From Thalia democratica (taxonomy: Eukaryota), in assembly GCA_965202585.1 (NCBI GenBank), contig OZ241834.1, positions 9,114,001 through 9,178,000 on the forward strand: 64,000 bases of DNA, written 5' to 3'. Of this stretch, positions 11,936-27,275 are shown one piece after another; position 1 is the stretch's first letter; each line of letters opens with the position of its first letter. Under the pieces are notes generated by a model. That model saw only the letters and a list, made by a program, of their open reading frames with translations. It had not been told where the DNA came from and made no database searches. The position numbers and the translations under genes were made by a program.

Positions 11936-12030
11936 GCGACACCGTGTGGTGAAAAATCCCGTAAAGTTTTTTAATTGTTTTTGTCTAAAACCAAAATGGT
12001 GCAATGTAATGGATTTGCGACACCTAGCGG
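11936..12030 (-). promoter_or_regulatory. Pair of CTCF-like motifs (CCACACGGTGTCGC, CCGCTAGGTGTCGC), repeated in every unit
   Basis: Plus-strand gcgacaccgtgtgg (11936-11949) and gcgacacctagcgg (12017-12030), invariant in A and B units while flanks diverge; they resemble the CCASYAGRKGGCRS consensus. Confidence 0.4.
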
Positions 12031-15000
12031 TTATTTTTTTAAAAGTTAAGTTAACAAAAAATAAGATTTGAAAAACTATTTAAAAAAATCTAATTTTGCG
12101 CTGTGTTAGAAAAGCTTACTCAAGGCAGCTTAACTATTGTACCTAAACTTTACAGAATTTTCTAGAAGTTAAGGTTTTTAAACCTCACACATTTAATTTT
12201 TGTAAAGTCTAACTTTTAAATAACGCAAACAAGTGAAACAAAATATGTTTTAAAAAACCTTTTTAAATTTTTTATCTTGTTGTGTAAAAAAGCATGGTTC
12301 GTATTTATATGAAGCTATTTATTTTAAGTAAAAAAACAAAAATACTGGCAAATTAATTTAGTTTCCATTTGGACTATAAATCATTTCGGCATATCTATTT
12401 AATAATAGGTCAAAAAAAAGTTATAATCATTCATTTATTATTCAAAATATTACTCCTTTTCTGTTTTTAAAGTTGAACTTTGTTTTATTCTTAAAAATTC
12501 TCTTAAAATTCATTTTACAACTTATTTTATATGCATTTTGTTTTAAATTAAAAAAGTATTTAAAATCCAACTAAATTGAAGCCTATTAAGGAATAAAAAT
12601 TCTATGCTCTTTTTATAGTATGTATTTTGTTTTAACACTATGTTTTTTAATTTGTAATAACAACTAACTCTAAAACTAAAAAAACCTGTGTAGGAATTAG
12701 TAATAGCTCGCTGAACAATAAGTAAAAACTATGAAAAGCTATTAACTTTTATTGGTTTATTCTTCAAGTAAAGGAGATCTTTAAATAGATTTCTGCCTAA
12801 GTATGAATAATTTCCTATGTTAAATTTACTAAAACTTTAACCATAAAAAAAATGTTTTAAAGCTTACATAAGTATAAACAATAAGAATTATTTCACGTTC
12901 GTCAAAAGCTAACCTTCAAAAATAAAGGTTTATATTTGACTAAACATAAATTTTTTAGGAACAAATTATTAAAACCTTTTCGGTTATTTTCTCTTTAATT
13001 TTAATAAGCTTCATAAATAAATACTTCTTAGTTCACAACTCCTAAACCAGTAGTCATTACAAGAAGTCTTTTGGTAGTTTTAGATTGACTGCAAACCCAG
13101 ACGAAGTGAGTTTGAATCTTGGCGAAACTTTTACTTATATTAAGCTTAACTTCACGTAAAAGTTTGTTTTTACCTTTAGGCTCTTAAAAGACAACTGGTA
13201 CTTGTCCTTTCCAGTTAGTGATAATACAACTATTTTAAATAACTGTAGCCGATGTAAGACCTTTTCTATACTCCGCGAGCAACTTTTTCTATTGAATTTG
13301 GCTCATTACTTATGAAAGGTTGCAGTAACCTGGACTTTACTAATGTAGAGTCCTATGTACAGTGGAATTTACTTATCTGTCTTATAAGCAGTTTTTATAT
13401 ATTTCGATTATAAATTGTTCTTGTGTATTTTACATGACAATTTACAAGTAGTGTACAAGGGTATCAATTAAAACTTTTAAAGTAGAATTAAACTCTACAC
13501 TAAACTATGTATTTGGTTTATAATAAATCTTTATACTAATTAAATTTTCAACTTGTCATAAACAAGAAGTTGTGTACCATTATATCAAACGTTTGAAACG
13601 TAAGCTTTAACTACTTAACATAAACTTTAATGCTGACAATAGAAGCTGAACTTAGTTCTCACTAAACAGTAGTTCCAACAATCACTTTTGTGTTAGAAAT
13701 AAATTCTGTGAGTAACACTAAATGTTCCCTTTTTTTAACTGTATTATTTAATCTAAAATATTTTTGAAAAACGTTATTGAGTACTTCGACTTTATCTCAG
13801 CAATGTTTAAAAACATCCTATAATATTCTTTATTAAGACTAATAAGGTACTTTATATAAACATAAAAGTAAACGCAACTATTCTCAAAGGTTTAGTAGAA
13901 ACAGATTTGATAGAAACTACAAACGTACACTATAAAGTTAATTTTCAAAACCTGAATAACATTATACTAGAATTTTTTAATGGTTTTTGTGCAAATAGCT
14001 AGACTCTAGAAAAAAAATATCAATTAAAATTTAGACTTAGTTGAAAATCGTTGTAAAATTTGCATTGAGTTTTAAGTACTTAATTTTGAATATTTTAAAC
14101 AAAAGATTATTTTCAAAAATTAGTAGCTCTTAACTTCCCACGTTGCCATAAATTATTAAAAGTAATAATACTAAATGTCTGGTTAGTGGGTACAGATTAG
14201 CACATTTCTATTCGTGTCGAGGCAGGTGTCAGCTACGGCAGTCCAAGATTATAAACTTTTTTCATTAAAAGTATAAAAACGAGGTTGTTGGAGTAAAAAC
14301 TTAAAATGTTTTGAAACCATTTTATTGAATGATCTAATCAAACTTACGCAGTTAACAAATATTTAGGGGCTCAAAAAAAAAGTTAACTTTTGAACTTTTA
14401 CACCAGGGGCTTACAATTTTATTTTGAACATAAAATCATTTATATCAGAACACAATTTATTTAATTCAAGAAAGTTATATAAAATTTGAGATGGTACTGA
14501 ATTTCTTCTTTCCTTTTCACAGGTCCAACATCACACCGCAGTTGTATACCACCAGAATTGAAAACCTATAAGAATAATATATAATTAATATTCCAAAAAA
14601 AAGTACAGTTGTAGCTGTTGCAGTGAAAACAAACAATTTATTAAAAATAACAAATAAAAAAGTACAAGTAATACAAACTAATTTGAATTATTTTAATATT
14701 TCAACAATTATACGTATTCAAGTTTTAACTAAATTCAAATAACTTTACTACCAAATACCACAAAGATAAAAAAGGTAATTTATTTGTTAAAAAATAGCTA
14801 ACAAACTTTTTGATATCTTCAATTTTAAAATTACTGAACTTTAATCTCTTAAAAATAACTTTATTATAGAATTGTAAAAAAATTATAATACAAACAAGGA
14901 AAAAAACATAGACGTTCATTCATTCTCAAATTTCATTAAAAAAATGACACCAGCTTTTTTAAGCTGGCTTAAAAAGACTAGTAACTTTATAAATGAAGAC

Positions 15001-18000
15001 GTTTCTATGAGTTATAATACTATTTTTTGCATTAACAACACTTTTTACATTTAACAAATTTGTTTGAGAAATTTTTTCAAAATTCAACTAATTCATTTCT
15101 CAAAGCAAATATAAACAAAATTATTAGTTAAAAACTTAAAAAACTGTCAATAAACTATTAATCAAAATTAATAGTTTAACTAAATAATTATAAAAACTAA
15201 AAATTGTAATTAGAATTGAAAATAGACTAACAAAAACATCAAAAGTAATTCTAGACTCTTTAACAATATCTAGTTCATAGTTGATAATTAAGTTTTGGTT
15301 TAAACTATTTACTTAAACATAATTGCTTCTATTACTAACAAACTACATCTTTTTTACCAAGTTTGATTACACTATAACAATACAACAACTTTTTTAAAAT
15401 TTACATTGCTCAACATGAAAAATTAATGCATTATTCCTTAGCCTAATGTGTTATACATATGTAGTTTTAATAAAATTTAAAATGTTCTGTAAAATACCGC
15501 AGAGGTGTACACTTTACTTTAATTAAACTTATAAATAATCTTTTTATATTTTGCTTGCTTAGGTTTAAAAAGCAATACACTTATTAATCTTAAAAAATAC
15601 CAAGCACTAAAGAAACATTTTGGATTTACTAATTAATTTTAGTGTAAACAGTTATTTTCTATAGATTTAACAAAACAGTTATTAACAATCTTCAAATCTG
15701 TAAAGAAACAGTATGTTTCTGTTTATTTGAAATAGTATGTATAACTAGTAAAGATTGGTTAATAAGTAGTACAGCTCTATTTATAAAACATAAAAAGCAA
15801 CCAGAAGCATTTTGGATTTAATATGGAAGTTTCAATATCATTAGTTTTTCTTAATCATTTTAAATCTGTAAGGGAACAGTATGCCTTTTTTCACTTTAAA
15901 TAACATTTATAACTGCTAGCTCAAAACTTATAAATTTGAAACATTACTTATAAACAACTTTGTGTCTATCATCTTGTGTTTTCATTCATTATAAAACCTT
16001 AGTATGAGTTTTCTATTTCAAACTAAAAAATACAAAATGACAAATTTACTAAAGTTTTAAGAAAACATACTATTTGGATACCAAAAAATCAGCTACAAGT
16101 TATATTTGTTAAAAACTCATGACCACTTACTTAATTGTTTCAAGTCAGCAATTTGACATGATCCAGTTTTAGAATAGATCATATTATGAAAAAAAAAACA
16201 AAGTTATAAACAATTCTATTCTTAAATCAAATTTAAGCTGCATTTAAAAGTTTTATAAATTTAAATACAGTACATATACAGAATATGTGAAAACCAGTGG
16301 CCACAATATTAAATACTTTTAAAGCATATTCCATCACACTTATCAGTGTTTTGATATGGTTTTCTTATTGAATCGTTAGCACAATAAAACTCCTATTCAT
16401 TCTTAAAACATTTTTTAAAACTAAGTCTTTAAAACTTTAAAACTAAGAGTTGCCACAGATCAAGCTGAAAAATAAGTTTGTACTTTCTAAATCAAGTTAT
16501 TATTTATAACCTATTCAAAAATACAAAGTACTTGAAATTGTGTTAGGTTTCAATTACAAGTTAAAACAATAGTTCTTTGGCAGTTCTTTAAGTTTTTTAG
16601 AAAATAACAAAAAAATTGCAAAATGCATAATTTCCTTACTTTGTTTTTTCAAAAGCTACCATCTATTCCTTCCTGGCTTTTCGTTTTTACTGACATTCTT
16701 GATTTTGGTGCAACCCTGCTAAGTATAATATTCTACTTTATAACTATTTTTACAACTAGTTACAAACAAAACACTTAAAAGTAAGAAAAAAAAGTTAGAT
16801 ATACTTATAAAATAAATGCTTAATTCTATAAAAGTGATAACAGTGCACTAAAAACATAGTTTATACTATTATAGTTTGAGTTATTGTTAATACAAACATG
16901 TGTGTGCATGTATAGCAACTGAACTAAAGTATACACAACTGTTTTGCAAACAAAGAAATTAAATTTCTTTAAAAATACATAAAAAAGTTCCACTTAAATA
17001 ATATATTTTCTCATTTCATTTACAAAAAAGATGATTTACATCAAAATTAATTTTAACAGCATAGATTTCACAACAGAACATCCTAGACAACAGACTACAG
17101 AGGCAAACTCTCTATTAGTGTAGTACCAAAATATATATTGTGGTTGTAACTAAACAGATATGTTTAAATTTCACCATGGGTGCCATACTTTCTGACAAAA
17201 CAAGTAACTTGAGTTTGTATATCAGTTTGAACTTTGTGTAAAAACTTGTAAGTAATTAAATAAAAAAGCTAATTACTGCTATAATTAAATTACATGTTGT
17301 TTATAAACTTAAAGCTTTTGTATAAAGAAAGTAGATTAAATTTTGCTGATATCTCAACTTTCAAAATACACACATGGTTTGTCTTATAGTATGGCACTGT
17401 TTAATAGTATTCTATAGTGTTGAACTCTAAACTGTAGATATTAATAATATTATCAGAACATACTCACCACTGTAATTATACCAAAACTTGCTAGTATACA
17501 TGAATAGGCTGGTTATAGATGAAATTCTTTTACACAACACTTTAAAACAAAAGGTGGTTACTTAATTTTAAGTATTCACTATTCGAAAACTAGTTTTAGT
17601 AAGTTACAACAGTTTTGACATTTAAAATTAAAAGTACTTTTACTTTTATTTAAAACAGAAAATTTTCAATGTACTATAGCCAATTAATAATTTTTTAAAA
17701 TGTTTACATATAATAAAATTAAACTATATGATTAAAATAATAAACACTTTTGATATATTGAACTATATTTTCTTTTACATTTAATACCAAATCAAAAGTA
17801 CTTTTAATAGACGTAAGTTACGAATTTAAAACAGTAAGGACCATTATTAAATCAAAAGCTAAATTAAATTTTTTATTTTATAAACAAATTTGGTGCAGAT
17901 TCTTGAAGATAGTTGTATTCAGTTTAGTAAGCATTTTGTAAGGTTTAGTAAGGTTTCATTTCATTTTCAGTATTTATTGTCAACATAATTAAAACTAGTT

Positions 18001-18797
18001 TGTTTTTCAGAAATATTCCAAAACAACGGTTTTTACGTGGTTTACACCTTTTTTCAATTTTATTACAAAATTTACCCTCAATCTACAGAAAAGTAATAAA
18101 TTTTGAGGATAAAAACTAGATTTTTTGAACTTTCAGCTTATAAAACATAAAAATCGTAATATTTAAAGAGTTTATTTAACTTTAAAAAATTTAAAGTTAA
18201 ATGCTATTTTATAAATTAGTATAATCATTAATTTACATAACTGTAATAAAGAAAACTTACCCCCTAAAAAAGTGAATTAACCCCAGGAGTAAGTTTACCT
18301 CAGGTTAAGAATCGCTGGTCCATGATATTATTTATAATAATTATAAGTAGTTTTAGTTTTTGTTTTCTTTTCTAATTAAACAAAAAATATTTTTAACAAA
18401 ACTTCATGTTAAAAAACTTACATCTTACATATCATACTAGTTTAATGTATGTTGGAGCTTTTAGTTTGGTTATTATACGAAGTTTATGTAAGATTTTAAT
18501 ATTTACCCACGAGTCTAGTGTGAAAAACATTGATTAAGATATGGATTTTGTCAGTCATTACAATGTTTGTGGCCCTGAACTTTTTGATTTCGTCCCTTTG
18601 TTGAGGGTTTACATAAACAGCTTATTTATAATATGTTAAAACTCATAAACTAACAATTGAAAAATAAATATTTAAAAAATTTGATACCTAAAAGTTTAAA
18701 ACACAGCAACAAATAATTTCATTTCTCTATATATTTATTGTAAACGACATATGTAGGATAGAATAATGCATTGAAAAAGTCCTATAAAAGCTAATAA

Positions 18798-21648
18798 TTA
18801 GTTGAAATAATCCTTCAAGGATTGGCCATTTTGCTTCCACAACTGAATTTTGAGCCCGATCTGCTCTACACATTGCTTGAATTTTCTCTCACAAGTCTTT
18901 CTAACTTTGTCAGTCAAAAATTCTTTCACTTCTTTTAGCATTTCTTCGGTGGCAAAGTTAGGAGTAGAAGCTTCAACGATCTTGCCTAAGTGAGGACTTC
19001 CCTTGAACTTGTTGTAAAAGACATCCCAATGTTCCTTGACAAACTTCCAAGACTCATCTCTACCAAGCTTGGATCCTGTTGCCATGCCATACAAGATCTT
19101 GTATTTTTCGTTGTCACGAACGTGGCTTGACATCATGTATTTTTGAACAAGTTTGAGACATTCCAAACCCTGTACGCACCCGAGAGCTGCTTCGATTTCA
19201 CTCTTCTCTTCCATGGAATCAACTTTCTTGTGGAGCTCTACCATTTTGTTGAAAGCCTCAAGACCTCCTTTTGACGTGTAAACTTCGTAGACGGAAGCAC
19301 GAATTTCGGGACTGATTGGTGTTGAGTTCTTAAAGAAATTGTTCATGATTTCTGTGCACTTTTGGTTGACTTGGTCGTCGTTTGAAGCTTTGATGAGAAG
19401 CGCTCTCAAGCTGGCATCCAAATGAGATTCATCTTGTTTAGCTTCCATTCCAACATGGGCCATGACGCTACTGAAGAGATCTTTTTTGAATTGGGAAAAC
19501 TTTTTTGAAGCTTCATCGTCATTCCACATAAGCTTAGTCATTGCGCTAAGGCTTTTGATTATCTCTTTCCACACTGGATATTCCTTTTCGCCCTTGAAAA
19601 CTTTTAGCAACTCAAGATATGTGGCAAACGAAGTTTGACCAGTTGTAGCCATTGCATGGACGTCACTGACTATGTTGAGACGATCAAAGCAGTCAAGTTG
19701 TCCGTTTTCTACTACAGTAATTAGTTTGGACAAAATATCTTGGCTGTAGTTCACTCTGTAGAAGCCGATAAACCTTGGGTTGATTTTAAACCAGTCGTTT
19801 GCACCGACACCTTCTACTGTGATCTGACCTGACTTTGATGAAAAGATAAAAGATTGATGTTCATCAGAGGTTGATGTGGATATTGTGATTGGCACTTGCC
19901 ACAAACTATCACTTTCACCAGATGAAGAAATACAAAACTTTTTCTGGGATAAATTAAGTGTTACAGAGTTGTCGTTTTGGCTGGCAATAGACACATCAAT
20001 AACAGGGTATCCCATTTGTTTGGTCCAAGTTGACATAACCTGCTCAACTGGCTTGCCGCTAGCATCTTCAAAACATTTCCACAAATCTTCTGTTTGTGTG
20101 TTGGAGTATGCGTGCTTTTTAAAATACGCCTTCATGCCTTCTTTAAACTTATCTGATCCGATCCAAGAGTGAATCATTCCTATGATATTACTTCCTTTTT
20201 GGTAAGAAATGGCATCGAAGATTTCCCCAATTTCACCTGGATGATTGACTGGAATTTCAATAGCGTGACTGTTTTCTAGGCTGTCAGCATCTAATGCCTT
20301 TATTGTGACATCATTAACGTACTGCTCCCAAACTTTTAAGTCATGGTCACAAATGTGTCCTGCATCGTACATCATAAAAGTTGCAAACCCTTCGTTGAGC
20401 CACAAGTGAGTCCACCATTCCATGGTGACCAGGTTGCCAAACCACTGGTGAGACACTTCATGGCAAACAACGATTGTTACCCAACATTTCTGCGCTACGG
20501 AAGATTCTTTTTCGTCTACGAGAAGAGCTGACTCTCTGTAAGTGATCAGTCCCCAGTTTTCCATGGCGCTGCAAGCAAAGTCGGTGATAGCAATCAAATC
20601 GAGTTTGTTCATTGGGTATGGGCAGGAAAAGAACTCTGTAAAGTACTCCACTGATTTGATAGTGACTTCCAAAGGGTAATTTCCTTGATTTGATTTTCCT
20701 GGTGGAGTGTAAACTTTGACTTCGACGCCGTCATTAGTCTTGCCTTGAACGTAGTCGAATGCTCCTACTACAAAAGCCAGCAGGTAAGTTGACATCTTCT
20801 TTGACTTTGCGAAGACGACCTTCTTTGTTACTTGATCTTCAAGAACTTCTTCGCTGATGACATTCATGTTTGACAAGGCGACGAGGTCTTTTGGTACAAT
20901 TAATGTACAATCAAAAGTTGCTTTTAATGCAGGCTCGTCCCAGCAAGGAAGGCATCGTCTGGCGTCGGTTGCCTCGAACTGAGTGATCAGGTTGTAATAT
21001 TCAACACCGTCCTTGTTTGTGACTTTGGTGCGGTAGAACCCGGCCATTTCATCGTTGTGAATTCCTTTGAAACTCATGCTGAGGACTGCAGGACCGACAG
21101 GAATAACATCTTCGAAAACAAGGGTGCAAGTCTCATCATCTTTGTTGAGATTCACCTGAGTTGGAACGAAAGTAGCTCCTGAATGTTGAAGGCTGCACTC
21201 TTTGATTTCTAATTCTTTGCTGTTCATTTTGATTTCATTAGTGGCTTCATTGACCTGTTTAAAAAAAATTTTAGTCTTTAATCCGTTTTTAATTATACTT
21301 TTTATCGGTATGGTCTATAATGTTGCGTGGTTTTATTATTAATAGTTATATGTTAATAGCTAAAAGTATGTTTAGGTGTTTATTACTTAATTAAAATTAT
21401 AAAATTCTTAACCATAATTTTAAATTCTAAAACAACAAATAAAGCAAAATACAAAAACATGTTTTTTCATTTACAAATTAAACTTGGTGGTTAATGAGTA
21501 TAATTACTGTCAGCATAAAAGTTTTACTAAAACTTACATTTAAGTCAACTGATTGGTGTCCTTCAAAAGTAAAAGTTTCGAATGAAGGTTTCAATGTGAC
21601 ATCGTAGTTTGTAGGTGTAACGGTGGTAGGTAAACGAGAAAACTCCAT
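18798..21648 (-). CDS. NPEPPS: Puromycin-sensitive aminopeptidase, copy 2; exons 21648-21538 and 21254-18798
   Basis: Intact 809-aa ORF plus the same exon 1 and splice sites; differs from copy 1 by F>S in PITI(F/S)TSTS. Confidence 0.95.
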
Positions 21649-22052
21649 TGTAAAATTTTCTTTAATTAGATAGTTACGTCTGTTAAGATATAGTTTTTTA
21701 AGATGTTGGTATTTTTCATTAAATAATTATCTATGTAATATTATATTTGGAGACTAAGGTACACTTTGCAAATTTAAATCCTATATATGCATAGTGTAAC
21801 ATAATAAGTCTATCATTGCTAAATTAGGCTACATTGCATATGCTAAAAAGTTATGCACTATACTTAAATACTTAAACTATTACATTGTTAAATAATCAAC
21901 AAATAAAATACAAATACTTATAAATTTTTGCATTTTTTTCTGAAATTTTATTTGTAATAGTAAAAAGTATATTTAATGTTCACAATGAAATTAATATTTT
22001 CAACAATTTAACATAAATTTGACTATTTAAAATTCTGCCCAATTTATAGACT

Positions 22053-22990
22053 AAAGTTGGCCACTATCCTGGATTCCTAAAATTAAATTTAGCTTAAATA
22101 AAGTTGAGTTTGAGAAATTTTGAAAGAAAAATCTAGAATTTGAACATAAATCACTGAAAAAAAGGCCTGGATTTTAAACAATTTTTACATAGTAACTAGT
22201 GAAAATTGGATAATACAAAAAAGTTTATCACATGGATAGAAATTGTTCGTCATCATCAATATTTTTTATTAAAGACATGATTTAAAGTAGCTTTACAGTA
22301 TTTTTCCAATGTTGTTATACTTTTTTAATTAATCTTCTACTTTAAACATAAACGTTAACTAAAAATAGACCAAAAACTAGTTTTTTCATTAAACCTGGAA
22401 GAAGTTTTAAAAACCTGGAGATAATTTGCCAAAAACCAGTGGTTACCCTGATAATTGCAAAATGATATTTTTCCTTTAAACATAACTTTTAACTAAAAAT
22501 AGACCCAAAAATAAATATTTTCATTCAGCCTCAAAGAAGTTTTAAAAACCTGGAGATAATTTGCCAAAAACCAGTGGTTACGCTGATAATTGCAAAATGA
22601 TATTTTTCCTTTAAACATAACTTTTAAATAAAAATAGACCAAAAAATAAATATTTTCATAAAGCCTCAAAGAAGTTTTAAAAACCTGGAGATAATTTGCC
22701 AAAAACCAGTGGTTACCCTGATAATTGCAAAATGATGTTTTTACTTTAAACATAACTTTTAACTAAAAATAGACCCAAAAATAAATATTTTCATAAAGCC
22801 TCAAAGAAGTTTTAAAAACCTGGAGATAATTTGCCAAAAGCCAGTGGTCACCCTGATAATTGCAAAATGATGTTTTTACTTTAAACATAACTTTTAACTA
22901 AAAATATACCAAAAACAAGTTTTTTCATTAAACCTGGAAGAAGTTTTTAAAACCTTGAAACAAATTTCAAAAAACCAGTGGTCACTTTAA
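22053..22990 (+). mobile_element. Same decayed MITE plus 135-bp array, unit 2 (5 units)
   Basis: Unit ends at 22450, 22585, 22720, 22855, ~22990. Confidence 0.85.
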
Positions 22991-25900
22991 AAATTGCAAA
23001 ATTATATCCATTTCTAAATTTAAAAATATTAAGAATAAAAACTCAACTAAAGTATTGTTCTAGTTTTTTTCAAATATTTCTCTTTTTAGTTTATTGAAAA
23101 AGGGGAAGGGTATAAAAAATTATTAAATTTTAAAATCAACATTAAAAAAAAATATATATAAAATGTGGCAACTAAAAATAGTATTACTATTCAATAAATT
23201 TATTTAAATCTATATTTACTTTTTAATTTAAAAAATGTAGGAAGGAAAAAAAGAGAAAATTAAAAAAAAAACTTTATAATACTAAGTTTGTGCAATATAA
23301 CAACTTAAACAAAATTACTGTTCACTTGACTTAACATTCATACACTTCTAAAACATAAATCTAACAAAAAATATAACTACATAACCTGGAACTTTATCTA
23401 TACTAAGTTTACTCTAATTCTAACTTCATTTAATCATCTAAACAAGTGAGAACAGTCTTTTTATATTCGCCTGCGCGTAAGTGAACGTTTGTGGTTTGTG
23501 GTGACCTCATAACTCGAGACAACACTATTGGGCATAGTATTTTGAGAGAATTTAGGGTTTCATAACCCGCGGCAAATTCAGAGGACTTTTTTGCTGCTTA
23601 AACTTATTTAAATTGTTTTAGGCTAACCCAGAACAGCGACACCGTGTGGTGAAAAATCCCGTAAAGTTTTTTAATTGTTTTTGTCTAAAACCAAAATGGT
23701 GCAATGTAATGGATTTGCGACACCTAGCGGTTATTTTTTAAAAAGTTAAGTTAACAAAAAATAAGATTTGAAAAACTATTTAAAAAAATCTAATTTTGCG
23801 CTGTGTTAGAAAAGCTTACTCAAGGCAGCTTAACTATTGTACCTAAACTTTACAGAATTTTCTAGAAGTTAAGGTTTTTAAACCTCACACATTTAATTTT
23901 TGTAAAGTCTAACTTTTAAATAACGCAAACAAGTGAAACAAAATATGTTTTAAAAAACCTTTTTAAATTTTTCATCTTGTTGTGTAAAAAAGCATGGTTC
24001 GTATTTATATGAAGCTATTTATTTTAAGTAAAAAAACAAAAATACTGGCAAATTAATTTAGTTTCCATTTGGACTATAAATCATTTCGGCATATCTATTT
24101 AATAATAGGTCAAAAAAAAGTTATAATCATTCATTTATTATTCAAAATATTACTCCTTTTCTGTTTTTAAAGTAGAACTTTGTTTTATTCTTAAAAATTC
24201 TCATAAAATTCATTTTACAACTTATTTTATATGCATTTTGTTTTAAATTAAAAAAGTATTTAAAATCCAACTAAATTGAAGCCTATTAAGGAATAAAAAT
24301 TCTATGCTCTTTTTATAGTATGTATTTTGTTTTAACACTATGTTTTTTAATTTGTAATAACAACTAACTCTAAAACTAAAAAAACCTGTGTAGGAATTAG
24401 TAATAGCTCGCTGAACAATAAGTAAAAACTATGAAAAGCTATTAACTTTTATTGGTTTATTCTTCAAGTAAAGGAGATCTTTAAATAGATTTCTGCCAAA
24501 GTATGAATAATTTCCTATGTTAAATTTACTAAAACTTTAACCATAAAAAAAATGTTTTAAAGCTTACATAAGTATAAACAATAAGAATTATTTCACGTTC
24601 GTCAAAAGCTAACCTTCAAAAATAAAGGTTTATATTTAACTAAACATAAATTTTTTAGGAACAAATTATTAAAACCTTTTCGGTTATTTTCTCTTTAATT
24701 TTAATAAGCTTCATAAATAAATACTTCTTAGTTCACAACTCCTAAACCAGTAGTCATTACAAGAAGTCTTTTGGTAGTTTTAGATTGACTGCAAACCCAG
24801 ACGAAGTGAGTTTGAATCTTAGCAAAACTTTTCCTTATATTAAGCTTAACTTCACGTAAAAGTTTGTTTTTACCTTTAGGCTCTTAAAAGACAACTGGTA
24901 CTTGTCCTTTCCAGATAATACAACTATTTTAAATAACTGTAGCCGATGTAAGACCTTTTCTATACTCCGCGAGCAACTTTTTCTAGTGAATTTGGCTCAT
25001 TACTTATGAAAGGTTGCAGTAACCTGGACTTTACTAATGTAGAGTCCTATGTACAGTGGAATTTACTTATCTGTCTTATAAGCAGTTTTTATATATTTCG
25101 ATTATAAATTGTTCTTGTGTATTTTACATGACAATTATTTGTACAATTTACAAGTAGTGTACAAGGGTATCAATTAAAACTTTTAAAGTAGAATTAAACT
25201 CTACACTAAACTATGTATTTGGTTTATAATAAATCTTTATACTAATTAAATTTTCAACTTGTCATAAACAAGAAGTTGTGTACCATTATATCAAACGTTT
25301 GAAACGTAAGCTTTAACTACTTAACATAAACTTTAATGCTGACAATAGAAGCTGAACTTAGTTCTCACTAAACAGTAGTTCCAACAATCACTTTTGTGTT
25401 AGAAATAAATTCTGTGAGTAACACTAAATGTTCCCTTTTTTTAACTGTATTATTTAATCTAAAATATTTTTGAAAAACGTTATTGAGTACTTCGACTTTA
25501 TCTCAGCAATGTTTAAAAACATCCTATAATATTCTTTATTAAGACTAATAAGGTACTTTATATAAACATAAAAGTAAACGCAACTATTCTCAAAGGTTTA
25601 GTAGAAACAGATTTGATAGAAACTACAAACGTACACTATAAAGTTAATTTTCAAAACCTGAATAACATTATACTAGAATTTTTTAATGGTTTTTGTGCAA
25701 ATAGCTAGACTCTAGAAAAAAAATATCAATTAAAATTTAGACTTAGTTGAAAATCGTTGTAAAATTTGCATTGAGTTTTAAGTACTTAATTTTGAATATT
25801 TTAAACAAAAGATTATTTTCAAAAATTAGTAGCTCTTAACTTCCCACGTTGCCATAAATTATTAAAAGTAATAATACTAAATGTCTGGTTAGTGGGTACA

Positions 25901-26978
25901 GATTAGCACATTTCTATTCGTGTCGAGGCAGGTGTCAGCTACGGCAGTCCAAGATTATAAACTTTTTTCATTAAAAGTATAAAAACAAGGTTGTTGGAGT
26001 AAAAACTTAAAATGTTTTGAAACCATTTTATTGAATGATCTAATCAAACTTACGCAGTTAACAAATATTTAGGGGCTCAAAAAAAAAGTTAACTTTTGAA
26101 CTTTTAGACCAGGGGCTTACAATTTTATTTTGAACATAAAATCATTTATATCAGAACACAATTTATTTAATTCAAGAAAGTTATATAAAATTTGAGATGG
26201 TACTGAATTTCTTCTTTCCTTTTCACAGGTCCAACATCACACCGCAGTTGTATACCACCAGAATTGAAAACCTATAAGAATAATATATAATTAATATTCC
26301 AAAAAAAAAGTACAGTTGTAGCTGTTGCAGTGAAAACAAACAATTTATTAAAAATAACAAATAAAAAAGTACAAGTAATACAAACTAATTTGAATTATTT
26401 TAATATTTCAACAATTATACGTATTCAAGTTTTAACTAAATTCAAATAACTTTACTACCAAATACCACAAAGATAAAAAAGGTAATTTATTTGTTAAAAA
26501 ATAGCTAACAAACTTTTTGATATCTTCAATTTTAAAATTACTGAACTTTAATCTCTTAAAAATAACTTTATTATAGAATTGTAAAAAAATTATAATACAA
26601 ACAAGGAAAAAAACATAGACGTTCATTCATTCTCAAATTTCATTAAAAAAATGACACCAGCTTTTTTAAGCTGGCTTAAAAAGACTAGTAACTTTATAAA
26701 TGAAGACGTTTCTATGAGTTATAATACTATTTTTTGCATTAACAACACTTTTTACATTTAACAAATTTGTTTGAGAAATTTTTTCAAAATTCAACTAATT
26801 CATTTCTCAAAGCAAATATAAACAAAATTATTAGTTAAAAACTTAAAAAACTGTCAATAAACTATTAATCAAAATTAATAGTTTAACTAAATAATTATAA
26901 AAACTAAAAATTGTAATTAGAACTGAAAATAGACTAACAAAAACATCAAAAGTAATTCTAGACTCTTTAACAATATCT

Positions 26979-27275
26979 GGGTTCCGTAGGGCCAAGAGAC
27001 CGCTGGTTGAGGCAAGGAGACGGTTCCGTAGGGCCAAGAGACCGCTGGGTGAGGCAAGGAGACGGTTCCATAGGGCCAAGAGACCGCTGGTTGAGGCAAG
27101 GAGACGGGTTCCGTAGGGCCAAGAGACCGCTGGTTGAGGCAAGGAGACGGTTCCGTAGGGCCAAGAGACCGCTGGGTGAGGCAAAGAGACGGTTCCGTAG
27201 GGCCAAGAGACCGCTGGTTGAGGCAAGGAGACGGGTTCCGTGGCGCCAAGAGACCGTTGGGTGAGGCGAGGAGAC
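26979..27275. repeat. GC-rich minisatellite, 7 units of 42/43 bp (43-42-42 higher-order pattern)
   Basis: Consensus (g)ggttccgtagggccaagagaccgctgg(t/g)tgaggcaaggagac; units start at 26979, 27022, 27064, 27106, 27149, 27191, 27233. Confidence 0.97.

Larger units (their letters stand above)
1..12122. repeat. Tandem segmental unit 1 (type A; boundary arbitrary, array continues left of window)
   Basis: The sequence at position 1 (aggcagcttaactattgtacc) recurs at 12123, 23823 and 37318, and in diverged form at ~49295 and ~62322. Confidence 0.97.
12123..23822. repeat. Tandem segmental unit 2 (type A, 11700 bp)
   Basis: Colinear and near-identical to unit 1; shorter mainly because its 135-bp array has 3 fewer units. 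Confidence 0.97.
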
